A model generated the notes under the pieces. The model saw only the letters and a list, made by a program, of their open reading frames with translations, made no database searches and was not told the DNA's origin. A stretch of 63,979 nt of DNA, filler included, from Octopus bimaculoides (lineage: Eukaryota): assembly GCF_001194135.2 (NCBI RefSeq). It is 5 parts of 4 records of this genome, joined end to end, with 100 filler letters (N's around TTAATTAATTAA, not from the genome) between each part and the next. Parts side by side here need not be neighbours in the genome. Positions count along the whole stretch, not along the records: positions 1 to 29,192 come from NC_068989.1; 4 more parts are not named here. One strand, written 5' to 3'. The translations under genes were made by a program, and so were the position numbers. Positions 1 to 12,333 of this stretch are shown piece by piece; the stretch's first letter is position 1; the number at the start of each line of letters is the position of its first letter.

Positions 1-19
1 GCACATTGAGGCTCTTGAA

Positions 20-330
20 TGAGTTTTAATTTTCATATAACACCACAAATTTTCAATGGGGTTCAAGTCAGGTGACTGGCTTGGCCATTCTAATAATTTT
101 ATATTGTGATTGACAATCCATTTTTGGTAGACTTCGCCGTGTGCTTAGGGTCGTTATCCTGTTGTAAAACCCACCCTTCACAAAGCTAGAGCTTTTCTAC
201 AGAGTCCCATAAATTATTGTTCAAAATATTTTGGTACATCTCTGCATTCATTCTACCATCTATCACATATAAATTGCGAGTGCCATTTGCAGAGAAACAC
301 CCCCACACCAAGGGCAAGTCTATCACCGCA
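20..330 (-). mobile_element. Degraded Tc1-family transposase (DDE region)
   Basis: Minus-strand translation gives WGCFSANG...IDGRMNAEMYQNILNNNL...LQQDNDPKHTAKST, then a decayed WP.QSPDLNPIEN-like tract; contains stops. Confidence 0.75.
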
Positions 331-1195
331 TTGGTTCCCTGTTACCCACAAATGAACAACCACAGTTTCTCCAAATCTACTTTATGAGTGATGTGGGACA
401 ATAAACCCGAAGGAGGTGTCAACATTTCAGATGATGGGTCTTGATAGACACAGCGCCGACTGCTGCAAAAGAGAGTATATCCACTGACAGCTTCTTGGTG
501 CATTCAAATTTCACATAACCCCCACTGGTTAGGGCCTGAAATACTCCAAAAAGACACATAGCATGTTGCTTAGTGGAATTAGCCCATCATTTACTCCACA
601 AATATTTTGTTGTCAATGCTGCACTTTCCCATATCACCTGTTTCAACATAACTGTAATATATTGTATACAAACTATGTGATTTTAATCTCGAGCAATGCC
701 AGGTATCTCTGCTAGTATATATCTGTCAGACAGGACCTTGATGACTGCCATGTGGCAGGAAAGTATGCTAGTCTTTATATATTTAATACTCTATATTTAA
801 TACTCAATATTTCATATATTCAATAAGACATTCAAAACTTCATTTTATTTTACTATTTATATTATATATTCCATATTCTATATCCCACATTAATTTTATA
901 AGAATATGAATAAAACATAAAAAACAGACAGAGTTGGAACTCTTTTAAATAATATATTCCTCTATACACGATCATACAAACCCTTTTTNNNNNNNNNNNN
1001 NNNNNNNNNNNNNNNNNNNNNNNNNNNNNNNNNNNNNNNNNNNNNNNNNNNNNNNNNNNNNNNNNNNNNNNNNNNNNNNNNNNNNNNNNNNNNNNNNNNN
1101 NNNNNNNNNNNNNNNNNNNNNNNNNNNNNNNNNNNNNNNNNNNNNNNNNNNNNNNNNNNNNNNNNNNNNNNNNNNATATGTATATATCTATGTGT

Positions 1196-1425
1196 GTGTG
1201 TCTTTGTTTCTCTGTTTGTCCCCCATCATCACCGCTTGATGACCAGTCTTGTTGTGTTTATGTCCACGTAACTTAGTGGCTCAGCAAAAGAGACCGATAG
1301 AATAAGTACTAGTCTTAAAAAAAAAATAAGTCCTGGGGTCGATTAGATTGGCTTGAACCCTTCAAGGTGGTGCTCCAGCCTGGCCACCGTCAGATGACTG
1401 AAACAAGTGAAAAAATAAAAGAATA
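1196..1425 (+). mobile_element. tRNA-derived SINE family A (OR1/OR2-like), 3' half
   Basis: Matches the 3' half of the near-complete copy at 43094-43532 (gaataagtcctggggtcga...ggtgctccagc...gactgaaacaag). Confidence 0.8.
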
Positions 1426-1444
1426 TATGCACACACTCACACAT

Positions 1445-1479
<35 letters not shown>

Positions 1480-1699
1480 AATATGTTAGTGAGATTGAGT
1501 ACATTTTTTACTCATGTGTATGTGTACATGTGCATCTATGCATGTGTATGTGCATGCATGTGTGTGTGTGTGTATCACTGTGTCTCCCTCCACCATGTTA
1601 CACACGTACATAATAGCATGGAACCATGTTTTTAATACTGACTGCTTGAATTAAATGAAATGTTTGAATTGGAAATTGGGACAAAATCTCTCGAAGGGG

Positions 1700-1775
1700 A
1701 GTTTAAAGCACATTGACCTTTCCATCGCTGTTGTTCTTCCGAGGGTACAAGTAACCATACACTGGCGGGCTGAAC
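1700..1775 (-). mobile_element. Possible RTE LINE fragment
   Basis: Minus-strand RTTAMERSM resembles the AMERSMLG motif of RTE ORF C-termini; very short. Confidence 0.35.
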
Positions 1776-2184
1776 TTTTGATAAAATATTTCATTACAAT
1801 GTAGAACATCAGGAAGGGTGATGGGGGTAAGTCTAGGACATTAGAATTTCTAGACTTCATGCTGTTTAACTATAGAACTAGGTTAAACTATATTATATTT
1901 AAAACAAACTATAACGAGCATCAGTGCATGTGTGTTTAAGGGGATTTTTCGTTTTTATCGGTACAAGCAACCATACGGCTTCAGATTTTGCACCGTTGCG
2001 CAACACCTTGGGCAAGTATCTTCTACTATAGCTCCGGGTCGACCAGTGTCTTTATCAGTGAATTTAGTGGATGAAAATTGTGTGGAAGCTTGCCATATAT
2101 AAAATACATCTATCTGTCTTTCTGTCTGTCTGTTTACCTATATGTTCATATATACATGTATGTATTTATGTGCATATATATGTC

Positions 2185-2237
<53 letters not shown>

Positions 2238-2494
2238 NNNNNNNNNNNNNNNNNNNNNNNNNNNNNNNNNNNNNNNNNNNNNNNNNNNNNNNNNNNNNNN
2301 NNNNNNNNNNNNNNNNNNNNNNNNNNNNNNNNNNNNNNNNNNNNNNNNNNNNNNNNNNNNNNNNNNNNNNNNNNNNNNNNNNNNNNNNNNNNNNNNNNNN
2401 NNNNNNNNNNNNNNNNNNNNNNNNNNNNNNNNNNNNNNNNNNNNNNNNNNTAGTGTGTGTGTGTGTGTATATATATATATACACACACACACAC

Positions 2495-2725
2495 ACTAGG
2501 TGGAACCCAAAAGAAACTAGAATTTTGCAACATTATTTTATTCACTTTGTTTGACACGTTTACACTTTTATCGCCTTCAAAGTATTTTTTTATTTGAAGC
2601 AATGCATCAGTCCAGACACGTTTTCCACTGTTCAAAGCAGTTCTGGGACTCTTGCAAAGTGATGCTTTTTAACACCTCAGTTGTTTTTTTCTTCACCTCA
2701 TCCACATCTGCTAAACGTTTTCCAT
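2495..2725 (-). mobile_element. Mariner transposase C-terminal remnant
   Basis: Minus-strand LNGKRLADVDEVKKKTTEVLKSI...QNCFEQW...YFEGDK matches the mariner end motif LKG.RF...CF..W..R...YFEGD; frameshifted. Confidence 0.7.
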
Positions 2726-3785
2726 TAAGGACTTTTTACATTTGGGGGAACAAAAGAACTGTGTCACTGGAAGCAAGATCAGATGAATAGGGAATGTGGG
2801 TGAGAGCTATAAATGTGTTCCAGCAATAACTGGGAAAGCTAACCCCGTGGTAGACTAGCACCTTGTCCAGTGGGATGTGTAGTGATGTCAGTCACTTTTA
2901 CACTATGGAATCCAGGGTAAGCTCTGGACTTATGAGCTCTAGGGTTCATGGCACATCTAAGTTATTCATTCCCACATGTTGGGCAAAGCTCCCAAAATAT
3001 TCTTTTCTAATCATGGCAATCAAGCTTACCGAACTCTCCTAATAAATTAACAGCTAAGTTAATTAGATTATCAACTAAGCTAATTAGCTTATCAGCTCAG
3101 CTAATTAACTTCCTTCTGCTATATTGGAATCAAACAGACTGATTAGAACATATTTAGGTATTGACTCTACTTTTGTTTCAAATATCAGTTCTTAATTATT
3201 CTTATGGTAACAGTTTGATATTCTAAATAACAGATGGAAACTGCAACAAAGCAATAAACAAACATTTTAATTAACAAATGTAGTTTATTAACCTAAAACA
3301 CTTAATTAGCTGAGCTATTAGAGCAACAGGCAAATAAATGCCTTGCAGTAATTATTTTGGTTTTTTGCATTGAGTTGAAATCCTTACAAAGGCAACTTTG
3401 CTTTTCGTTTTTTTTTTCCGGGGATAATAAAATACAAGTTAAATACTGGAGTAAATTGATCTATCATTTAAATTCACCTGTGCCTTTCATCCTTCTCAGG
3501 GAGAGGAGTGGTGATAAAATACCAGTCAAATACTGGGGTAAATTGATCTATCATTCTTTATATTACTCTCAGAGCAGCTACACAGTACTGTGTGAAGGCT
3601 GTGAGGGCCTAGTCACAGTGTCTCTTACCTCTAAGAAATTGAAGAGGATTGGCAAAGGAACTAACAAATTTTTCTCATCTAGCATGCTCTATAGACCATC
3701 CAGTGGTCATGGATTAGCTGATGTACTGTACAGTGTGGAGCACTTTACAAAGTTTACATTCAACGGTTATTTGTCCTCATCTTGT

Positions 3786-3857
3786 TTGGTCAACCAGAGG
3801 GTATAGCAGAAAAAAACTTGCCCAAGGTGCCATGCTGTGAGACTGAACCAGAAACCA

Positions 3858-3860
<3 letters not shown>
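3786..3860 (-). repeat. 75-bp perfect inverted copy of 4469-4543
   Basis: Base-by-base reverse complement of 4469-4543, including private mutations of that old SINE copy such as the 7-T run. Confidence 0.9.
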
Positions 3861-3900
<40 letters not shown>

Positions 3901-3912
3901 GTTCAGATCACT

Positions 3913-4209
3913 GGCATATGGCATAGTGGTTAAGAGTGTGGGCTACTAACCCCAACATTCCGAGTTCGACTCCAAGCAGTGACCTGAGCAATAACAATAA
4001 TAATAATAATAGTAATAATAATAATAATAACAATAGCATTGAAAAATACTTTAGGAGTGAGAACCCAGGTTCGAAATTTCCCCAAGACACCTGAAGAAGG
4101 CTGGAGGGTATATCAGCTGAAATGTGTTAACAACAAATAAGATGAGGACAAATATCCGTCGAATGTAAATAATGTACAGAATTCCTCATCTCTTAAATAT
4201 AGAACTGTA
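3913..4209 (+). mobile_element. tRNA-headed SINE with hammerhead motif, copy 1
   Basis: A box tggcatagtggtt and B box gagttcgactcc, (AAT)n, body gaaaaatac...gaacccaggttcgaaatttcccc, hammerhead-like core, gatgagga/tcctcatc hairpin, tail tcttaaatatagaactgta; body also at 56405-56542 (-), tail also at 58644-58678. Confidence 0.85.
4086..4128 (+). ncRNA. Decayed minimal hammerhead ribozyme
   Basis: gacac-CTGAAGA-A-ggctg/gagggtatat/cagct-GAAA-t-gtgtt; stem III bases are deleted relative to the intact copy at 56450-56495. Confidence 0.65.
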
Positions 4210-4314
4210 CTTTACACAGTTGTTTACAAAAAAGTTTAAGTGACAGAAGACTCTTTTTTCCATTTGTATTTCATCCTTAGTAATGAAGGATCCATAATTT
4301 GAATTCAAATTTTG

Positions 4315-4590
4315 GCACAAGACTAGCAGTTTTGAGGAATGGGGCAAGTCAATCGCATCGACTCCAGTACTCAACTGGTACTTATTTTATTGACTCCAAA
4401 AGAACAAAAGGCAAAGTTGACCTCGGCAGCATTTGAACTCAGAATATAAAGACAGATGCTTCCCAACCACATGGTTTCTGGTTCAGTCTCACAGCATGGC
4501 ACCTTGGGCAAGTTTTTTTCTGCTATACCCTCTGGTTGACCAACCCTTTGTGGGTGGATTTGGTAGACGAAAGAATCCTGTAGCATACAT
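4315..4590. mobile_element. Adjacent SINE fragments: family B (-) then family A 5' part (+)
   Basis: actggtacttattttattgac...gcaaagttgacctcggc...tttgaactcagaa, followed by ccaaccacatgg...ccttgggcaagt...ggatttggtagac. Confidence 0.7.
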
Positions 4591-5034
4591 ACATACACAC
4601 ACACAAACATATGTGTATGTTTCTTTGTCTTGTAATCGCACCATAGCTGTAAACGAGCATCTTTGTCATACTAGTGGTGTAATTCATTTTCAATCTTTCA
4701 TGGAACCGTGTCCAATCATGGTAAAATGTTAGCTTACTTGGAAACAGTTGAGGGATGGTAACTTCCCTCAACAAGCATAGCAAAATGAACATTGAAACAA
4801 TGATGATGTTATGTCAATATTCTTAATGTTCTGTACTTGACAGAAATGGGAATACCCATACTCTGTGGATTATTCACACAAGAGTGGTTAGACCATGAAT
4901 GTTCCAGATTTGTTGCTATTACTGTTACTATTAACCTACCCAGTTTATGAAGTTTAACTGATAGATTTTTCAGCTGTTCTGAATGAGCCATGTAATCATT
5001 TGGATCACCTTGGCTGTCTGGTACTGAATCATCT

Positions 5035-5375
5035 CTGCTGGCCACAGCATTCACTCCATTCTCTTTGTGCTCTCGCCATTCTCCGCCACGTTGTTCCAAA
5101 CATTTTTGTTCAATCGTCTTCCTACTTGATTGGAGGTCTTCCAAGTGGCCTCTTCCGTTCAAGTGGGTACCACTCAACTACTATGTGGGTTCACCGATTG
5201 TCTGTGAACCTTGCAACATGATCAGCCCATCATAACTTTGTGTGGGGGTACTCTGTGACAACGTGCTTCACTCCAGTTCTATCCCTGATCTCCTCGTTCT
5301 GGATGGGATCTCTTAGCGAGATTCCCAACTTCGACCTTCCCGTAGTTCTCTGCAGAGAGTGCAGAGCTAAATAAT
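5035..5375 (-). mobile_element. RTE-clade LINE 3' ORF fragment
   Basis: Minus-strand ...QNEEIRDRTGVKHVVTEYPHTKL.WADHVARFTDNR.THIVVEWYPLERKRPLGRPP matches the RTE C-terminal WAGHVAR / W.P...KRP.GRP motifs. Confidence 0.8.
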
Positions 5376-5760
5376 AGGTTTTGTAACAGCAACTTAAACT
5401 TCTTAATTTAACTGGTATTAATTATTATTCATTTGTTTTTTTTTTCTTAATTTCATATTTGAAACAACTGATTAATTAGATACAATTGGTTTTATTATTA
5501 CTGTTCAGTAGTTTTATTTTTATAACGTGCTTTCACTTCACTACCAAGCGCAGCTCTGTGTGCCTTGGGTATGTGCTGTGGTTTGCTGTGATGGTCTTAT
5601 TGTTACTGTATTGAAAGTGTTTTGCGTAGAATGTGTGCAGTGCCCAGTAGTGCAATATTATTATTATTATTATTATTATTTTTTTAATATTTCTTTTTTT
5701 TTTTGCTTATTGTTATTTCGCATTTATGTATCTCATAAATTTTGTTTCTATTCGTTCCAG

Positions 5761-5842
5761 TGCAGAAATAAGTAGTCCACCCGGGCACCAGAACAGGCGG
5801 CTACAAATATTTTTGTTTATCTATTGTGTCGTAGTTACTGCT
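5761..5842 (+). CDS. ACER3: Alkaline ceramidase 3, internal exon (82 nt)
   Basis: ttccag acceptor, gtaagt donor; AEISSPPGHQNRRLQIFLFIYCVVVTA; phase joins the next exon. Confidence 0.75.
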
Positions 5843-5977
5843 GTAAGTAAAATCTATTACATATTTTGTCTTAAGATATTATACTGTATCGAAATCGGGA
5901 GGTTTCGTAGATTAATTGCATAGCTAATCTGAGGCAATCGAAGTTTTTCCCCCTTTATCGTATTACACTTGTAAATG

Positions 5978-6009
<32 letters not shown>

Positions 6010-6600
6010 CTCTTCCTCTCATGAAACGCATTATCGCCATTAATGCAAGGAAGATAACTTCCGAAGCTAAATTAATTTCATTACACGGATATTGGAGTTA
6101 TGTCCCTTGGAAAATTATTCTGTGACGGTAAGTTTACAGAATAAATTTGCAGAGAAGATTATGTTAAGATTCAAAGAGGCTGCATATAACCTTTGGTTTT
6201 TTAAAATTTCATTAATATTTCATAAACAATGTTTACACAACATTTCATTAATATTACTGAAATGAAACGAAATTTCATAAACAATGTTTAGCTTCTAACG
6301 TTTCATGGAGTTAGGCATATTCAGGGACATGTACAATTCTTGATGTTACTTGGTAGCTTCACCTGCTGCAGGACATTGCTACTGATTATAGAGATTGGTT
6401 CTTGTTTGTCTGTACTGTTTAATCCTGTTTTAACTATTCTGATCAATTTGACATTTTCATTATATGTTATGAGGCACCCCAATATCCCTGTCCAAAGTTC
6501 TATTGCTTCCTCCATATTCAGTGTTAATTTTTCTGATGTACCTACTCAAATTTTACTGAAACACTTTGCTTTCATCAGAAACTACTACTACTACTACTAC

Positions 6601-6643
<43 letters not shown>

Positions 6644-6675
6644 TATTATTATTATTATTTATTTATTTATTGCAG

Positions 6676-6711
6676 GTCTATTTGTCGATAAAGAACCCAG
6701 TCTTTCATGAA
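6676..6711 (+). CDS. ACER3: Alkaline ceramidase 3, internal exon (36 nt)
   Basis: tgcag/gtaagt; VYLSIKNPVFHE aligns with ACER3 VYLKVKEPIFHQ. Confidence 0.9.
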
Positions 6712-6899
6712 GTAAGTATATCTTCCTAATTCTAATTCTGTAGTTACCTGGTGCCAGGCACCTATGAACATAAGTGAATATGAAAAAAAAGCTAGGACAC
6801 AAAGCACACTCATTAATCTAGATACATTCAACAAATCGTCAGATTCAGTGGTGCCCCTGTTGTAACCAGAGAAGCAATTGCATTATAGGGTTAGATGAC

Positions 6900-7200
6900 A
6901 CCTATTCATGCCACCTATCACACCACAGATGCATTAATCCAGAAGAATCATATTAGGATAGCTAAGAAACCACATGATGTTGGCGAGTATATATTGTCGG
7001 GGTGGGCAGGAGGACAAATGAACACATGGTTCTTCCAGTTCTTACTGGACAGAAACTGACATTTCCCCATCATGTATAAATTGTATCTGGTGTTTTCATG
7101 CACCACATGTTTGATAATAGACTCTACCACCTGCTTGGTGATCACATTTATCAGCTTTCAGGGGTTGTCATTCATGATATTCAAGACCTATTAAATGGAC
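6900..7200 (+). mobile_element. Possible ancient CR1/L2-type reverse transcriptase remnant
   Basis: Broken frames give W..QFLLDR and IVSGV, like WI.SFL.DR.Q...SGVPQG; heavily decayed. Confidence 0.35.
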
Positions 7201-8236
7201 TCAAGTTTATCTTGTCCACATGACTCATTCCTTCACTGTCAAAGAACTCCAGCTCTGATCAAGAAGGACCTGGCCACATTTAAGAAGGTGATAATCTTCG
7301 AGCCTCTATGGTTGGTAGCTAGAGCTGTCAGCATGCCTTTTTCTTTTCTTTTTTGGAATGGAATCTACCCTATTTGTGCCATCGATATATCCAACAGAAA
7401 AACAAGAAAGTTAAAATTTTGCATTTGCTGCATAACATTACAGTAGCTAGATTTTCATTTATGGCTCACCAAATTCTCTTCACAAATACCTTATGTATTC
7501 TTCTGTATAGGATTATTATGAAGATTGTCATTGTTGTTGTTGAATAACTATAATTTGCTGCTTAACAAAGAGGAACTCGCTCTTACAGACAAGAAACTGT
7601 CAACAGAAAAACATTCTAATCGTCAACTTCAGACAAAAGCTTTCCATAATCTTAGTAAGCCTAGCCATTCATTTCAGACCTTCATTGTAATTATTGAATT
7701 TTTAAGTTGCCTAGTGTGTCACATTTTGTTCTACACTCTAAAATTATCATATATATACACATCCACATTTAGGTAAATATTGAACTCAATTAAAAAGAAT
7801 TCCTTTACATATTGAAGGTTTGCATGTTTAATGTGTTTGCATGTAAGAATGTTTTTTATATCATAAATAATATTTTACTAGTTATTAACCTACAATAATT
7901 TAAATTTCTCTTTTTATATTTCAGTTAAGCTTTGTCAAATATTACATCCTTCCACTAGTTTCATTATCCATCGATCTTTTTTACTTATCACCTCCCGCTT
8001 TCTTGTACATTTACTTTTTCCCTTCCATTTCCTCAATTTTGTTTATTCTTGCTCTTTTCTTGCACCCCCTAACTCTCTCTCTCTCTCTCTCTCTCATTTA
8101 TATGCGTGTACACACACACACATACACACACACACACACACACATTCAATGTGCTTTTGGTTTTCCTCTATTAGCAATACATGTTTATTCATAAACCAGT
8201 CAGCTATTTATAAAATACTTGTTATTTCATTTTCAG

Positions 8237-8292
8237 TTTGCATATGGTTTATTGGTAGTGAGTCTGGTGGTTTTTGCAATGAAAGTCATCAG
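8237..8292 (+). CDS. ACER3: Alkaline ceramidase 3, internal exon (56 nt)
   Basis: tttcag/gtaagt; FAYGLLVVSLVVFAMKVI(R), a transmembrane segment like VMYGMLVFTLV. Confidence 0.88.
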
Positions 8293-8326
8293 GTAAGTAA
8301 TCCTGCTGCTGCTAATAATAATAATA

Positions 8327-8362
<36 letters not shown>

Positions 8363-8869
8363 TTAATAATAAAGCTATAGGCACAAGGAGGGGTCTGAAT
8401 TTTTGGGGGATGGGTTAGTCGATTACATTGACTCCAGTGTTTAACTGGTATTTATTTTATCAACCTCGAGGTTGATAAAATACGTACGTACGTACATACA
8501 TGCATGCATGCATGCATACATACATACATGTTTTTATGTTAGCATTCTCAGTTGGCAATATATCCCATTGCTCTGCTTTTTACTTTCAATGACCAGTGGA
8601 ATAAAGAAAAAAATATCCCTTACTTGAAATATAAGTAAGGGTTAGCGATATTAGAGTCATCTGGCCATAGAATGCTGCCTCAAATAAGTTTCCGTCCACT
8701 CCATACCAGAATGAACAAAAAAAGAAATGTATAATCAGCAAATGAACAAAAATTTTAAACAAATGTTGTAACAACTTAAAATTCAAAATTAAATATTGCT
8801 CAAAGTTTTCATAACAGCCATGTATATCTATTTGCATATTTGTAATTATTTCTTTTCTATTGTTTACAG

Positions 8870-8971
8870 GAAATGTGAACACAATCTGATATTAGTTATA
8901 TCTGGAATGAGTATTTACTTATTTGGATTTCTATTGTGGAATATTGACAATAACTTTTGTCCACGAATTAG
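8870..8971 (+). CDS. ACER3: Alkaline ceramidase 3, internal exon (102 nt)
   Basis: ttacag/gttagt; KCEHNLILVISGMSIYLFGFLLWNIDNNFCPRI(R) contains the diagnostic GF..WNIDN.FC. Confidence 0.95.
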
Positions 8972-9601
8972 GTTAGTATTACTTATTAATTTCATTACTT
9001 ATTTGTTCTCTTTTCTGGTTTCTGTTCCTGAACAGTAGCCGTGATGGAGTGTTAATTTTTGGTGGATTATATTAACCTCCAATACCTTGCCTCTATATAT
9101 TTTATCAATCTCTGTTTATCAATTGGTTGAATTTGTCTCAAGTTATGTACCCTATTAGGGAATTATCTACCCTTAGTGAATTCCCTACAGGAAATTTGCA
9201 CCAATGCATACACACACGCACACACACACACAGTTGGGATTTTCTTTAGTTTCTATTCACCAAATTTCACTCAAAAGGCAGTGGGCATGCAAGGTTATAA
9301 GCGAAAGACAACTTGACTTAGATTCTGTGCTCTGGGATTAAACCTACAACTATATGGGTGCAAAGATAAACACACACTTACATATACATATATTCAGACA
9401 CACACACACACACACTTCTATGTACAGAAGGAGTTGGTTGGCTTAGAGCTATAGTAGAAGACTCTTAGCCAAGTTGCCATTCAATTGGACTGAACCAAAA
9501 AACCATGAAATTTTAACGCAAACTTCTTAACCATATTGCCCAGTATTTGATCATTGTAAACATTTACCTAAAATTTTCTTTTTTGGTTTGTTTTATTCCA
9601 G

Positions 9602-9703
9602 GAGTGTTCGTTGGAATCTTGGTACACTTGGCCCCATCAGCCAGTTGCATGCATGGTGGCATCTGTTGGCAGGTATTGGGACCTATTTAGCTATTATTTT
9701 CTG
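9602..9703 (+). CDS. ACER3: Alkaline ceramidase 3, internal exon (102 nt)
   Basis: ttccag/gtaagt; SVRWNLGTLGPISQLHAWWHLLAGIGTYLAIIF carries the CREST-family H.WWH zinc-binding motif. Confidence 0.96.
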
Positions 9704-11080
9704 GTAAGTCATTCAAAGCAATAAAATACAATTATTGTTGTTTATGCGATATAAAATTTGAAATTTCAAGAAATGGGAAATAAATTGTTTTTCTAACCAT
9801 GAAACTCAAAATAGAATATCTGTCACATTTACAGATGTGACTTCATGTCCCATGGGTAGCCTCACTAGTGGGAGGTCCGCTCCAGGTGACACTTTTAAAG
9901 GGGCAGCACTTTTCATTCTGTTGTAGGCTATAAGCCTACAACAGACTCTGTGAGTCCCAACGTCTGTAATTGTTATCTCTCCTTTTTTCACCTTATTTTA
10001 TACTGATATAATGGTTTCAAATTTTGTCACGGGGTCAGCCATTTTAGGGGAAAAGAGTTAGTTGATTGCATCAACTCTGGTACTTGACTGTTACTTTATT
10101 TTAATGATCCAGAAAAGATAAAAAGCAAAATTGAATCTGGTGGAATTTGAGCTTGAAACATAATGAGCCAGAACAAATGTCACTATGCATTTTGCTCAAT
10201 TTTGCTCACCACCTCATTTTATACTGTTATAATAACTTCTCATCATACTCATTTCTTCCAGTTCATGTATCCTACCAAACCAGTTGACATTTCATCTCCC
10301 TGAATCAAAGGGTTCTACCTAAAACAAGAGTCGCCAAAGGGGATCTGAGAGACCCCTAGGAGTCGATGAGGAATTACAGGGGGTCGATGATAGCCAAGGG
10401 GTTGAATGGGGGTCGGCATGTGAAAGACCATCTCACTCAGATGAACTGCTTGAAATGCTTAGTCAGCACCTTGAAACATGGGAAAACATGATAAATTTTC
10501 ACTACAGCATTTGAGACCTGATGTCGTAATCTGTATCACAATTGAAGATTGAGAGGCATGATTGAAGTGATGCAGACTGTCAAGTGTTGTTTGCTTATGG
10601 AAATGACAAGGCCTGCTAGGGGAGATAAGATATTAAATACATACCTCATAAATGTTTGGCCAGCATCAGTATCCAGTACGTATTTAAGATATGGTACATT
10701 TGGGTATTAAGATATTTTAAATTAGGAGGATGGTTGATGTGGAAGGAGAAGAGGCTAAAGGGGCTTGATGTGGAAGGAGAAATGGCTAAAGAGGGTCAAT
10801 GGTTGAACTTTCTGGATGGATTTCCATGCATGACCAACTGAGACTAATGGATATTATACCTTAAAACATTACACTTCCTTTCTTCATGGTTTAAAAGTTA
10901 TTCCAATGCATGAATTATTTCTATTATTTCTATGTGTTCAGTCCTTTGTAAATAAACCAATAAAGTTGTTTTGATTTTCTTCCTTAGACTTTATTTTAGT
11001 ATTGTTTCACTAAATAATGTATTTCACTTATGAAAACCATTTGAACATTCTATATAATATCGATTTGCTTATCATTACAG

Positions 11081-11126
11081 CATTCATACAAGATATTTAT
11101 ATTTAAAGAAGGATCCAAGTATAAAG
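11081..11126 (+). CDS. ACER3: Alkaline ceramidase 3, penultimate exon (46 nt)
   Basis: ttacag/gtaaaa; (C)IHTRYLYLKKDPSIK aligns with LYTRTLYLRYRPKVK. Confidence 0.9.
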
Positions 11127-12084
11127 GTAAAATCATCTATATAATAATCTGCTTGTTCATTCACCTGTTATACTTTAGTTAGTTTGAGAAGTGGAGTTGG
11201 AGTGGGTGGGAGGTGGAATAAAATTGAGAGAGAGGAGGGGGGTGAGTAGAGAAGAAAGAACTGCAGAAGAAGTAGAGAAAGAGATATAATAGTTATGTGT
11301 CTCCAAAAATACCCAAGAAGAACCATTGTTTCTCAACAATTGTATGAGGATTTTGTTTATTTAAGCCACCACATTATCAGTTTTATACGTTTGTATTTTA
11401 CTTTGAGGTTTGAAATTGATAATCTTTCTCTGGAGGCACCTTGAGCAAGTGTCTTCTCTATAGCTCTGGGTTGACCAATGCCTTGTGAATGAATATGGAA
11501 GATATAAACTATGTGGAAGCCTGTCATATATCCATCCATCAATCAATCGATCAACCAGTCCATCCATCATCCCTACCCACTATTCCAGGGAGGGTTGTTG
11601 GAGTAGAGTCCTCAGGCATTGCCTCCATAAGGTCCTAACAAAAGTTACCATCATTGCACTTTCTGGGTGGATTCGCATGCGTGACCAACTGAGACTAATG
11701 GATATTGTACAACCATCTCATTTTCAGCTTACCCGTAGATCTCTTGCTAGCTGTTTCAGCTTCAAGAATCCTGTCATGTGTGTCTCTGTGTGTGTGTGTG
11801 ATTGTGTTTGTTCCCTCTTTCCCCCCACCACTTGACAAGTGGTGCCAGTTTGCTCCCATCCTTTTAACTTACTTCAGCGTAAGAGGCCAATACAGTAACT
11901 GTTAGATTTAGAAATAAGAACTAGGAGCAATTTGTTCAATTAATACTTTCAAGGTGGTACTCCAGCAAGGCCTCACTCCAATGACTGAAAGAAGTCAGAG
12001 ATAAAAGATAAGATAAATCTAAACTGAAATTGGAGTAAGAAATATTGAAGAGAACATTCTGTATTTTTATACACTTACACTTTT

Positions 12085-12290
12085 ACTTGTTTCAGTCATT
12101 TGACTGCATCCATGCTGGAGCACCGCCTTTAGTCGAGAAAATCGACCCCAGGACTTATTCTTTGTAAGCCTAGTGCTTATTCTATCGGTCTCTTTTTGCC
12201 GAACCGCTAAGTTACGGGGACGTAAGCATACCACCATCGGTTGTCAAGCGATGTTGGGGGAACAAACACACACACAAACATATACACACA
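12085..12290 (-). mobile_element. SINE family A, 3' half
   Basis: tttcagtcatttgactg...ggagcaccgcctttagtcgag...gaaccgctaagttacggggacg; runs into microsatellite and gap. Confidence 0.9.
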
Positions 12291-12295
12291 CATAC

Positions 12296-12333
<38 letters not shown>

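Noticed and set aside
3913-3985. tRNA gene
   Set aside because: The anticodon stem is imperfect and the sequence is embedded in a multicopy SINE; the same applies to the heads at 39945, 51222 and 59963.
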